Assembly: GCA_963849325.1 (NCBI GenBank)
Contig: CAWKHF010000012.1
Location: 576,001-640,000 of the forward strand
Reading direction: 5' to 3'
DNA: 64,000 nt
Source: an uncultured Planctomycetota bacterium
GTDB lineage: Bacteria > Planctomycetota > Planctomycetia > Gemmatales > Gemmataceae
Part shown: piece after piece, positions 11,300 through 23,016 of the stretch
Layout of the letters: every line of letters begins with the position of its first letter
Position numbering within the stretch: the stretch's first letter is position 1
Notes under the pieces: generated by a model
What the model was told of the DNA's origin: nothing
Database searches by the model: none
What the model saw: the letters and a program-made list of their open reading frames with translations, nothing else
Translations under genes and position numbers: made by a program

Positions 11300-11710
11300 C
11301 TACGGTTTCTCGACCTTCACCTTGACGGTCACGGTGGTGGCGTCGCCCTTGGGCGGTTTGCCCGTGACGTTGACCTTGTACTCGCCGGAAGCCGCCTCCT
11401 TGGTGGCCTTGATAACCAAGTTGGTCTTCTTGGGAGAGCCGGCCTTGATCGTCGTGGGATCCAGGGAGGCCGTGACTCCCTTGTCGGCCGGGTCCACCTC
11501 CGCCGTCAGGGCGACGTCTTCCTTGAAGTTCTTGTCTTCGTCGGCCGTGATTTCCACGGACTTGGTATCGCCTTGCTTGATGTCCTGCGTCGTGGCCGGA
11601 CCCTTGAGCTTGAACGTCCCTCCGCCCGGCGTGCCGCCGGTGGTGCTCGTGTTGCAACCAGCGATCACGGCCAAACCCGCTACCACCAAACTCGCATACA
11701 ACGTCTTCAT
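11300..11710 (-). CDS. Hypothetical lipoprotein, beta-rich (Ig-like)
   Basis: Lipobox VIAGC after hydrophobic signal; RBS aagga; strongly GC-biased third positions. Confidence 0.8.
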   Translation of the reverse strand: MKTLYASLVVAGLAVIAGCNTSTTGGTPGGGTFKLKGPATTQDIKQGDTKSVEITADEDKNFKEDVALTAEVDPADKGVTASLDPTTIKAGSPKKTNLVIKATKEAASGEYKVNVTGKPPKGDATTVTVKVKVEKP

Positions 11711-12066
11711 AAGGCTTCGTCCTTTCCTGAAAAAAGCCATCTGCGATGTCCGTCTATGTGAACGAGACATCCTCCCGAGGTGGCGGTCGCCACCTAATCA
11801 TTCTTCGTCTCCGTCGCCGACTGATTTACTCCCGGCAGACCACCAACGACAGCGTTTGAAGGTTTGCAACTACCGTGCCGAGTTGTCCTGGGATCGCGCC
11901 GCCCTCGTTCTCACGCGGAGCGCGGGAACGGGAAGCGGCAGCTTGAGTACCCCGCTGCGCATAGATCAGCAAGAGATTGCCCCGGAGCAGAAATCCACGC
12001 GGGATTATCTTGCCCATCTTGCCAAGCCGGTTGAGGGGGACATTCGCCAATTGCGATCCTTTTCTC

Positions 12067-12100
12067 TTGCACTTTCTCTCCTCCTACGGAATAATCCGTA
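12067..12100 (+). promoter_or_regulatory. Putative sigma70 promoter overlapped by an inverted repeat (candidate BlaI operator)
   Basis: TTGCAC-17bp-AATAAT; TACGGA-ataa-TCCGTA at 12085-12100. Confidence 0.55.
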
Positions 12101-12128
12101 TTAGAAGATCCATTTGCGGGAGAAGATC

Positions 12129-12545
12129 ATGGCGGGACGGAAGACCTTGGCGATGACGGATCGGCAGTTCACGATCTTGCAGGTGTTATGGCAGCAGGGG
12201 CCGCTAACGGTGCGGCAACTGATGGAACATTTGCCGGGCGGCGAGGGGCAGCCGTACACGACCGTTCTGGGCATGTTGCAAACGATGGAGAAGGCGGGCC
12301 TCGTCCGCCATGAGGAAGAGGGCGCGACCTACCGCTATGCGGCGGCGCTGTCACGGCAGGCGGCGCTGGGTACGCTGCTGCGCGACTTCGTCGCGCGCTT
12401 CTTTCGCGGCTCGGCCGAGGACTTGGTGCTGGGACTGGTCGATGTCAATGAGCTGTCGGCGAAAGACCTGCGCGACATCGAAGCGCGGTTGAAGTCGTCG
12501 CCCGAGGGCCGTGGCGCCGGCAAACCGGGGAGGCGAAAGTCATGA
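12129..12545 (+). CDS. BlaI/MecI/CopY family transcriptional repressor
   Basis: ILQVLWQQGPLTVRQL, YTTVLGMLQTMEKAGLV, FFRGSAEDLVLGLV; ATGA overlap with M56 gene. Confidence 0.92.
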   Translation: MAGRKTLAMTDRQFTILQVLWQQGPLTVRQLMEHLPGGEGQPYTTVLGMLQTMEKAGLVRHEEEGATYRYAAALSRQAALGTLLRDFVARFFRGSAEDLVLGLVDVNELSAKDLRDIEARLKSSPEGRGAGKPGRRKS

Positions 12546-14737
12546 GACACTTCCTCGATACGGTTGCGGAGCCGGGGCTGTGGTTCCTGGCGGACTGGTC
12601 GCTGCGCTGGGCGGCGCTAATCGGCGTGACGGTCCTGGCGATGCGGCTCTGGAGGCCGCGCCGCGCGGCCCTGCGTCAATTGATGTGCGGGGTGGCATTG
12701 CTCGGTGGTCTCTTTTCGCCGGTCCTACCGCGCTGGGGCAGTGGATGGCGCCTCGCGCCGAAGGAAACGGCGGCGGCCCCGCAAGCGGAACAGAACACCT
12801 CGTTCCCAAGCTCTGCTTGGGAACGCACGTCGGGAAGCTCTGCTTCCCGTCCGATCAGGGACAAGGCGCGAAGCGGAGCTTCGCGGCCGGCGTTCCCAAG
12901 CGGAGCTTGGGAACGAGAGGGAGGAGGGAGAGTTGCGGCGTCTCCGCCGAGCGAAGCGCTGGGCAATCGACGCCTTGCCGTTCTCGGCCTCGCTCTGTGC
13001 TGGGGGCTTGGCGTATTGATCTTGCTCATTCGCTGGCTGGGTGGCGAGTGGTTCTTGTGGCGACTGCGGCGCGAGGCCGTGGACGTGCAAGGGTCGGCGA
13101 TGGAGATGTTCGCGGCTTGCCGTGGCGAGCTGGACGTGCGCGGCCGGGTGCGATTGGCGGCGCATCCGCGCGTTCGCTCGCCGGTCCTGCTCGGCCTATT
13201 TCGGCTTCTGATTCTCGTGCCGCCGGACTGGCCGCAATTGCCCGTGGACGTGCAGCGTGCCGCGCTGTTGCACGAACTGGCTCACGTGCGCCGGCGCGAT
13301 CACTGGCTGGTACCGCTATTGGAGATGATTCGAGTAGCTTTTTTCTTTCACCCGTTGGTCCGCTGGCTCCTCGCCCGGCTGGAGTACGAACGGGAACTGC
13401 TTTGCGACGAGATGGTCGTCCGTCGCGGCGTCGATCGACACGATTACGCGCGCCTGTTGTTGAACTTCGCCCGAGCGTCGGGCCGTCTGACGCTGCTCCG
13501 CTGGTCTGGCGGGAGCTATCTGCCGATGGGCCGGCGCCGGACGGTCAAGGCGCGGATTCACCATTTACTGGAGGAAAACATGGAACGTTGGATGGGACCG
13601 CTATCCGCCCGCTGGACTGTCGTGTTGGGAGCGAGCCTGTTGGCGCTGATGCTGGGCCTGGCGAGTTATCGCGTCCGGGCCGTGGAAGTCGAGAAAGCGA
13701 GTGCCCCCGCCGAGAAGGAGAAGCCGGCGCTCGCTCCGAAAGCGGAGGACAACGGCGCCGGAGCGGCGAAATCCTCGGCGACGCGGCTGAAGCGCGAAGA
13801 GCTGCGCTACGGCGGCAAGGACTTCAACGAGTGGCGCACGGGCTTACTGACGGAACTCAAGGGATCGATCCGCGTCGATGGCATGAAAGCGTTCGCCGCC
13901 TTCGGGGCCAACGGCTACGGTTCGGAGGCCACGCAAGCCATCCTCGAAATGATGCGCGGTTATGACACGACGAACGAGGAGCAGAAAGACGATGACGGCG
14001 CCGTGGTGGTAGCGGGCTACCGGGCCATCCAAAAAATTGGAGCGGCGGCCGTGCCGGCGCTCACCAAGGCCGTGAAAGAGGAGAATCGCAATGTTCGGCG
14101 CTTCGCGATTCAATCGTTGGGAAACTTGGAAACGGATGCTCGCTCCGCCCTGCCCGCACTTCTGCAAGCGGTAAAGAGCAATGATGCGGTAACGCACCGC
14201 TTCGCGATGGAGGCGGCGTATCGAGTTGACCCGCACTCCAAGGAAGTTCTCGCGGTCCTGATCGAGACGGTCAAGAATGAAGAAGGAGGCTACCGATACC
14301 GAGCCATCCTGTTAATCAGGGGGATCGGCAAAAAGGCTCATTCAGCTATCCCCGCTCTCCTCAAAGCGCTCGGCGATAAGGATTGGGATACTCGGCAGCT
14401 CGCGGTACGGACTTTGACGGACGTCGGTGCCGGAAAAGAAGCCGTCCCGACCGTCAGTCGTCTGCTTCGAGATGAGGACCAGAATGTTAGGTCGTCGGCC
14501 TACCAATTCTTGCAAGCGCTGGGACCGGATGCCGAGGAAGCTGTTCCCGCGCTTGTCGCCGTGGTGAAGGAGACCGATGGCGGCTTCCGGAGTAGGGCCT
14601 TCGTCACCTTGAGGAAGATTGGACCCGCCGCTAAGGCCGCGGTGCCCGTGCTGGACGAGTTGCTGAAAAGCGAAAACAATGAGGTGCGAAGCGAAGCCAG
14701 GGAGACACTCAAAGTGATTCGTCCCGGACGAGAGTGA
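12542..14737 (+). CDS. BlaR1-like M56 metallopeptidase with C-terminal HEAT repeats
   Basis: LLHELAHVRRRD, FFFHPLV, ERELLCDE; repeated AVPAL/AIPAL HEAT motifs. Confidence 0.92.
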   Translation: MRHFLDTVAEPGLWFLADWSLRWAALIGVTVLAMRLWRPRRAALRQLMCGVALLGGLFSPVLPRWGSGWRLAPKETAAAPQAEQNTSFPSSAWERTSGSSASRPIRDKARSGASRPAFPSGAWEREGGGRVAASPPSEALGNRRLAVLGLALCWGLGVLILLIRWLGGEWFLWRLRREAVDVQGSAMEMFAACRGELDVRGRVRLAAHPRVRSPVLLGLFRLLILVPPDWPQLPVDVQRAALLHELAHVRRRDHWLVPLLEMIRVAFFFHPLVRWLLARLEYERELLCDEMVVRRGVDRHDYARLLLNFARASGRLTLLRWSGGSYLPMGRRRTVKARIHHLLEENMERWMGPLSARWTVVLGASLLALMLGLASYRVRAVEVEKASAPAEKEKPALAPKAEDNGAGAAKSSATRLKREELRYGGKDFNEWRTGLLTELKGSIRVDGMKAFAAFGANGYGSEATQAILEMMRGYDTTNEEQKDDDGAVVVAGYRAIQKIGAAAVPALTKAVKEENRNVRRFAIQSLGNLETDARSALPALLQAVKSNDAVTHRFAMEAAYRVDPHSKEVLAVLIETVKNEEGGYRYRAILLIRGIGKKAHSAIPALLKALGDKDWDTRQLAVRTLTDVGAGKEAVPTVSRLLRDEDQNVRSSAYQFLQALGPDAEEAVPALVAVVKETDGGFRSRAFVTLRKIGPAAKAAVPVLDELLKSENNEVRSEARETLKVIRPGRE
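12799..12917. repeat. Four-hairpin palindromic element inside the M56 CDS (in frame)
   Basis: ctcgttcccaagctctgcttgggaacg ... cgttcccaagcggagcttgggaacgag terminal inverted arms. Confidence 0.85.
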
Positions 14738-14741
14738 ATGA

Positions 14742-14792
14742 CCCCTGTCCCCAGCTTGCCGGGGCATCGTCCCCGGCAAGCTGGGCGATAGG
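14742..14792. terminator. Hairpin between convergent genes (repeat or bidirectional terminator)
   Basis: cccagcttgccgggg / ccccggcaagctggg. Confidence 0.6.
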
Positions 14793-14807
14793 GGAGGATG
14801 TCCACGC

Positions 14808-15071
14808 TCATCGATTCACGCCGTCTGTGGCTGGGGAAACAGGGATTGGCTCCAGGCGGACGATATGGATCAAGGACACGACCTCGTAGCGATCAAAATA
14901 GGGATCGGTTTCCGGAACGCGCAGTCCGATGAGGACGACTCGCTTGCCGATCCAAAGGAGAGGTCGGTCCTTCTCGGTAACATCGTAAGTCTTGCCGTTG
15001 GTTGTGACGATGCGGAACGGCTGGAAGGGTTCTTTCTTCAACTCAGATTCCAGATCCTGGGGAGCCATCAT
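14808..15071 (-). CDS. Small hypothetical protein (PFQPFRI...GKTYDV type, common in planctomycetes)
   Basis: RBS aaaggag; 87 aa ORF; visibly lower GC than neighbours. Confidence 0.75.
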   Translation of the reverse strand: MMAPQDLESELKKEPFQPFRIVTTNGKTYDVTEKDRPLLWIGKRVVLIGLRVPETDPYFDRYEVVSLIHIVRLEPIPVSPATDGVNR

Positions 15072-15096
15072 AATTGCCGCTCCTTTGCTGCATAGC

Positions 15097-16294
<1,198 letters not shown>

Positions 16295-16315
16295 GACGTC
16301 CCTCCAAATGACGAT

Positions 16316-16410
16316 TTCACCACAGAGACACGAACACAGACGAAGCACAGAGAAAGACAATCGAATTTGCTCTTGTCTCTTTCGTGTCTTCTGTGTCTTC
16401 TGTGGCTGAA
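16316..16410. repeat. Long-loop inverted repeat family E (degenerate)
   Basis: ttcaccacagagacac... / ...tctgtgtcttctgtggctgaa between gap and pgk. Confidence 0.7.
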
Positions 16411-16418
16411 TTCTGCTT

Positions 16419-17510
<1,092 letters not shown>

Positions 17511-17626
17511 TCAGCCGCGACCACGCCGCGTCGATAGCCGTCGTTCCTCGCGGTTCCTACGGTTATAACGTATGGCTGAATCGGCCGACCGTCGAGGGTC
17601 GGCCAGCCTGGCAGCGGAGGGCGATC

Positions 17627-18618
17627 ATGGCGGAGACGATTCGCGTGGCGGTGACGGGGGCGGCGGGACAGGTGGCCTATGCGATGCTGGCCCGGCTCGC
17701 CTCCGGCGAGGTGTTCGGCCCGGACACGCAAGGTCATCCTGCAACTGCTGGAGATCCCGCAGGCCCTGCCGGCGCTGGAAGGCGTGGCGATGGAGCTGGA
17801 CGATTGCTCCTTCCCGACCCTGCAAGAGGTGATCTGCACCGACGACCCGAACAAGGCGTTCAAGGACTGCAACTGGGCGCTGCTGGTCGGCTCGTTCCCG
17901 CGCAAGCAGGGCATGGAGCGCAAGGAACTGCTCGGCATCAACGGCAAGATCTTCGTCGGCCAGGGCAAGGCGCTGGCGGCCAACGCGGCCAAGGACGTGC
18001 GCATCCTCGTCGTCGGCAACCCGTGCAACACGAACTGCCTGGTCGGCTACAACAACGGCAAGGACATCCCCGCCGAGCAGCTGGACGGCCATGACGCGGC
18101 TCGACCACAACCGCGCCCGCACCGCCCTGGCCAAGAAGGCCGGCGTCGCCAACGAGGACGTGACGCAGATGACCATCTGGGGCAACCACAGCAACACGCA
18201 GTACCCCGACTTCACCAACGCCAAGATCAAGGGCCGGCCGGCCACCGGAAGTCATCACCGATCGCGGCTGGCTGGAGAACACGTTCGTGCCGATGATCCA
18301 GAAGCGCGGGGCGGCGGTCATCAAGGCGCGCGGCTCCAGCTCGGCGATGTCGGCGGCCAACGGCGCGCATCGACCACGTCAAGAGCCTGCTGACGCCGAC
18401 GCCGGCCGGCGACTGGGTCAGCGCGGCCGTCGTCTCGAAGGGCGAATACGGCGTGCCGGCGGGGCTGGTCTTCGGCTACCCCTGCCGCAGCGACGGCAAG
18501 GGCAACCTCACGCGTCGTCGAGGGCGTGAAGCTCGACGCCTTCGGCAAGCAGAAGTTCCAGGCGACGCTGCAAGAATTGCTGGAGGAAAAGGCGGCCGTG
18601 CAGGAATTGGTGAAGTGA
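17627..18618 (+). CDS. mdh: Malate dehydrogenase; frameshifts
   Basis: [57 protein letters not shown]. Confidence 0.96.
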
Positions 18619-18622
18619 TGTA

Positions 18623-18695
18623 TTTCGTTTCGCCGCGACGCGCAGCGGAGCGCGGGACAGATCCGCGCTCCGCTGCGCGTCGCGGCGAAACGAAA
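18623..18695. repeat. Palindromic repeat family A between convergent genes
   Basis: ttcgtttcgccgcgacgcgcagcggagcgcgg / ccgcgctccgctgcgcgtcgcggcgaaacgaa. Confidence 0.92.
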
Positions 18696-18699
18696 AACA

Positions 18700-19545
18700 T
18701 CAATGATCGCCGACGTATTGCTCGGTGTAACTGCTCTGGAAGTGCGTACTGCCTCGCCTCCATCCTTCGCTTCTTTGTCGATGCTGCAATATAGCCTTGT
18801 TGCAGCCGGCCTGCCTGCACGTCGAAGACGATCTCGCCTTCCGGCTGCATCTGCCACAGCGGCACCTGATCTTCCTGCGCGGCCGGCGTGCTCTTCACTT
18901 CCGTCGCCAGCGTCACCGTCGCCAGATTGTCGGCGACGCTCTTGCAGACGAAGCGCTGCACGGCCGGGTATTTCTCGCCGGTGCCCTGCGGCGGCTCCAG
19001 CGTGATCTGATAGGACCGCTCCCAGCCTTGACCCGTCTTCAACGCCTCGGCCGGCAGCAGCAGCTTGAACGGCGGATCGCTCTCGTACTTGGCCGCCGAG
19101 GCGTACCCGAACTTCGTCTCCTTGACCTCGACCACCTTGCCTTGCGCGTCGATGCGAAGGACGAACAAGCGGCTGGCCGACGAACGGGGCGAACTGCTTG
19201 CGCATCGGCTCGCGTGCTCTTCTCGGGATGCGCCGAATCGAACGCCAGTATTCTCGCCATCGGGCGTCACGCGTCTCGTACTTCAGAGCAGGTCAGCGAC
19301 AACTGCAGCGTCGCCACGCCGGCCGCGTCCACGTCGAGCACTTGCCAGCGCTTGAGGACCGACGAGGTTCGTGAGCGTTTCGCTTTTGCGTGTCGCCCAT
19401 CGTGTAGGCGGCGAGCGTGCAGTGGTCGGCGCGGTAGACGAGCACTTGGCCCGTTTGCCAGTGGAAGCGCGGATGGCGCCTGCGCCGAGGCGAGCGACGC
19501 CATCACGAGCACGGCGGCCAAGGCCGCGATTGGTCTGCGGATCAT
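18700..19545 (-). CDS. Hypothetical secreted protein; heavily frameshifted
   Basis: Signal peptide MIRRPIAALAAVLVMASLASA; coding-like segments KRWQVLDVD, WERSYQITLEPP; ends HFQSSYTEQYVGDH*. Confidence 0.7.
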
Positions 19546-19625
19546 CAGGCCCCTCCCTGTTCCTATGCCCACGTCCGGACTCCGAAGCGCGCGGCCTATA
19601 ACCAAACGGCGGGGAGGAGGCCAGA

Positions 19626-20545
19626 TCAATTCGCCGGCCGCTCGCATTCGGCGAGGAAGTCGCGCAGGGCCGGATAAAACTCGCGGGTCGGTAAATCGTT
19701 GTGCCGGTAGTTGGGCATGGGGAAGAAGCGTTTCGGCTCGGCGGCGGCGGCGAAGAGACGCTCGGCCTGCGCGAAGGGGATGAGGCCATCCTGCGGGGAG
19801 TGGGCGATGAACACGGGACCGCGGCAATCGGCGATCTTGCTCAGGTTGTCGAAGCGATTGTGAACGAGCCAGCGGCCGGGCAGCCAGGGGAAGCGCAGTC
19901 TGGGCCATGTCGGGGAACGAGGTGAAGCTGGCGACGAGGACCAGGGCGCGATGCGGCCGGCGGCTGGGCCAAGTCGACGGCGATGCCGCCGCCCAGCGAG
20001 CCGCCGTAGAGGAGGATGCGCTCGGCCGGCACATTTTGCACATCGCACAGCCAATCGTAGGCGGCATCGCCGGCGGCGTAGCAGCCGGCCTCGCTCGGCA
20101 CGCCGCTGCTGCGGCCGTAGCCGGGATAGTCGAACAACAGGACGGCCAGGCCCATCTCCTCGAGCCAGTGCGGCAGGGCGCGGCCGCGATGTCCCAGGTT
20201 GCCGCCGTTGCCGTGACAGAACAGGACCGCACCCTGTTCGGGCCGCCAGTCTTTCGGCGCAGTCCACCAGGCATGGATGCGGTCGCCCCGCCGGCTCGTC
20301 ATCTCGACGTTTTCGACCTCGACGCCGGCCGGAGCGTGGTCCACTTCCGCATGGCGAGGACCGTAGAGGAACTGGTCCTCCAGCAGCAGCAGGGCGACGA
20401 GGATGGCGACGTAAACCACGGCGAGATAGATCGTCAGACGGGCCGAGCGATGCTTCCAGGAGCGCTCCCAGAACGGGGGCCGTCGCAAGGTCAGCACGCC
20501 GAAGACGTGGCGGCAACGTTGACCGAAGGATGAGGCGTTCATCAC
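19626..20545 (-). CDS. Alpha/beta hydrolase; frameshifts
   Basis: LFCHGNGGN, FDYPGYGRSSG, YGGSLGG nucleophile, FIAHSPQD, HND. Confidence 0.9.
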
Positions 20546-20604
20546 GAAGCAATTTCCCGCTTTTCCCCGATGAGCGACCTCGTGATCGGGGCCGCGCAGA
20601 GTCG

Positions 20605-20829
20605 TTACGCACTCGTGACTACCACATATCCCTCAGCCCACTGATCCTGATCGACACGGTATTCATCGACGTGAAACCCGTCCGGGGCGTCGGAGAAACC
20701 GGGTAGACAGCTCAGGCGGGCCACGGCCGCGTCAGCCTTCTCCCGTGAGGAGTATACGCCAATGAACTTGACGTCCTCGGCGCCGTCTTCCCGCGAATGG
20801 ACGTGCTGCAGCACGAAAACGCTCGCCAT
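20605..20829 (-). CDS. Small acidic protein, putative immunity protein of the upstream toxin tip
   Basis: RBS ggagg; VFVLQHVH...KFIGVYSS.EKA..AV.RL...PGF...P.GF.VDEY..D...W.EGY pattern; 17 bp after toxin-like ORF. Confidence 0.75.
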   Translation of the reverse strand: MASVFVLQHVHSREDGAEDVKFIGVYSSREKADAAVARLSCLPGFSDAPDGFHVDEYRVDQDQWAEGYVVVTSA

Positions 20830-20846
20830 TGTCGGCCTCCCGCTTG

Positions 20847-21059
20847 TCACTCGAACGCGCGGTCGCCCCACTTCTTAATCTTGTTGAACTCGCTGCCTGG
20901 CCCAGTCGGGTAGTTCCCGACACCGTACTTCTCGTCGAGCAACCGTTTGGCGAAGTCACGCCTGCTCTCGGTCGTCAAGGGCCGTTCTCCCTGCGCCCAA
21001 CTCGGCACGTCATCCGCCGCTTCTTGGCCGCTCAGTCCCGACTTCTTCTTCTTGTGCAT
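20847..21059 (-). CDS. Stand-alone RHS/polymorphic-toxin C-terminal-like domain (70 aa)
   Basis: SGLSGQEAADDVPSWAQGERP...FAKRLLDEKYGVGNYPTGPGSEFNKIKKWGDRAFE, recalled as resembling RHS protein C-termini; in-frame stop 16 codons upstream. Confidence 0.65.
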   Translation of the reverse strand: MHKKKKSGLSGQEAADDVPSWAQGERPLTTESRRDFAKRLLDEKYGVGNYPTGPGSEFNKIKKWGDRAFE

Positions 21060-21124
21060 CGTGTACGCCCGGTCACAGCATCCGTGAGCCAGTGACAGCG
21101 GTATTTATCCTACCAGACTGCACC

Positions 21125-22937
21125 TCAGGTCGCCCTCCTTACAGTCCGGCGCAGCATGGCGAACACGAACCCCACTGCGATCAATCCCCAGCACAACCAC
21201 GGAAGCCAATCGCCCCAGCGGGCGTAGAGACTGACGCGGTCGTCGAGCGGGATGACGGCCAGCAGAACCCCCGGCACTTTCTTGAAATCGCGCCACGCGG
21301 ACACGGGCAACTCCGTCGTCCCGCCGCGCTGCATCGGCACCGTCCAAACACGATCGTTGGGGTCCGCCTTGGCCTCGGGGTGTGGCAGGGGCTGCGGCCG
21401 GAGGACGCGGCCGTTGCTGTCGATGACGGCGGAGATGCCCATGTTGACGCTGCGGGCCACACTGCGGCGGCACTCGATGGCGCGGAAGCGGCAGATGGCC
21501 AGGTGCTCGTCGTGCTCGCTGGTGCCGTCGAACCAGCCGTCGTTGGAGATGTTGAGCAGGAAATCCGCGGCCGGCTGGCCGTCGCCGCCGCCATAGGGGC
21601 GGGCGATGTCCGGATCGGTGTCCTCGTAGCAGATGAGGACGCCGAAGGTGAAACGTCGTCCCAAGGCGGCATCGGACAGGGCGAAACGCGTGGATTCCTG
21701 CCCCGGCCAGACGCTGTAATCGAAATCGTAGGGGGCGAAGGTATTCATCCACGGCAGCCAATCGCGCAGCGGCACGTACTCGCCGAAGGGCACGCGATGG
21801 ATCTTGTCGTAGCGGCCGCCCGCCCGGCCGTCGCGCCCGATCAGGATCGGCCGAGTTGTAACGGTGCGGCCGGCCATCCTCGTCAAGGTTGACGGCGTTG
21901 ATGCCGACCAGGACGTTCGTCCGCCAGCGCGAGGCCATGCTGCGAGCGGTCTCGCGGCTGTGTTCGCTGGCCGTGCCGTCGGCCTCTTGCACCCAGTCCT
22001 GAGGATAACTCGTCTCCGGCCAGACGATCAGGTCGGGGCGATAGCGAGCGGCGAGGTCGGACAACTCGATGAAGTGGTTGGCGACACGGCGGGCGGCGTC
22101 CTCGGCGACGGCGCTGGCGTTGCGGATGCGCTGGTCGAGATTGCCCTGGACCAGGGCCAGGCGCGGCCCCGGCGTCAGTCGGTCCTGCCCCAGGCGCCAG
22201 AAGCCGTAAGCCGTCGTGCCGACGAGCGCGGCGAGGACGGCGACTCCCTGCGCGAGCAGGCCGATCCGGCCCCAGCGCGGCGGTACGTCCTGTCCACACA
22301 GCCACGTCCGGAAGCCGACCCGACTCCACAGCACCTCGAACAGCAGGGCGTTGACGGCGGCGACGAGGAAGGTGACGCCATAGGCGCCGGTCAGGTCGGC
22401 GATCTGGATCAGCGGCAGGAAGTCGTGCTGCGTGTGGCCGAGCAGATACCACGAGAAGCCGGTGCCGAAGGACGAACGAAAAAACTCCAGGGCCGTCCAC
22501 ACGACCGGCACGGTGAGGACCAGCGGCGCGGGCGTGTGGCGGTCGAGGAAGCGAATCAGATACACGGCCAGGGGGAAATAGAGCGAGCAGTACCCTGCCA
22601 GGAAGAGCCAGGTGAAGTACATACGTGGGTCGGCCACGCGCATCCACTGCATCGCCGGCACATAGAAGAGCAGTCCGCCAGCCCAGGCGCTGAGATAAAT
22701 CACCCGGCGGCGGGCCGGGCTGCGCACCAGGGCGAGCAGCGGTACCAGGGCCAGCCAGGCGAGCCAGCCGCAAGCGGCCGGGAAATAGCACAGCCACAGC
22801 AGGCCGCCCGCCGTCATCGCCGGAAGCAGGGTGCGCGGGCCGATCCGCGATCGCGGCGGGGAGGACGACTCGAATGGCGGCTGAGGCCGGGCGCGCGTGA
22901 TTTCCTGTCGGGCCGCGAGGATTTCCGGGGTCGGCAT
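21125..22937 (-). CDS. lnt: Apolipoprotein N-acyltransferase; frameshift near 21850
   Basis: Multiple TMs, VQGN, IVWPET, YDKIHRVPFGEYVP, LICYED, NISNDGWF. Confidence 0.96.
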
Positions 22938-22956
22938 GCGATTCTCTCTCCCTGCT

Positions 22957-23016
22957 GCCGAGCCGGGAGCGTCAGCGACCGGAGGCATCTCCGGTCGCTG
23001 ACGCTCCCGGCTCGGC
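22957..23016. repeat. Perfect palindromic repeat between moeA and lnt
   Basis: gccgagccgggagcgtcagcgaccgga / tccggtcgctgacgctcccggctcggc. Confidence 0.9.
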
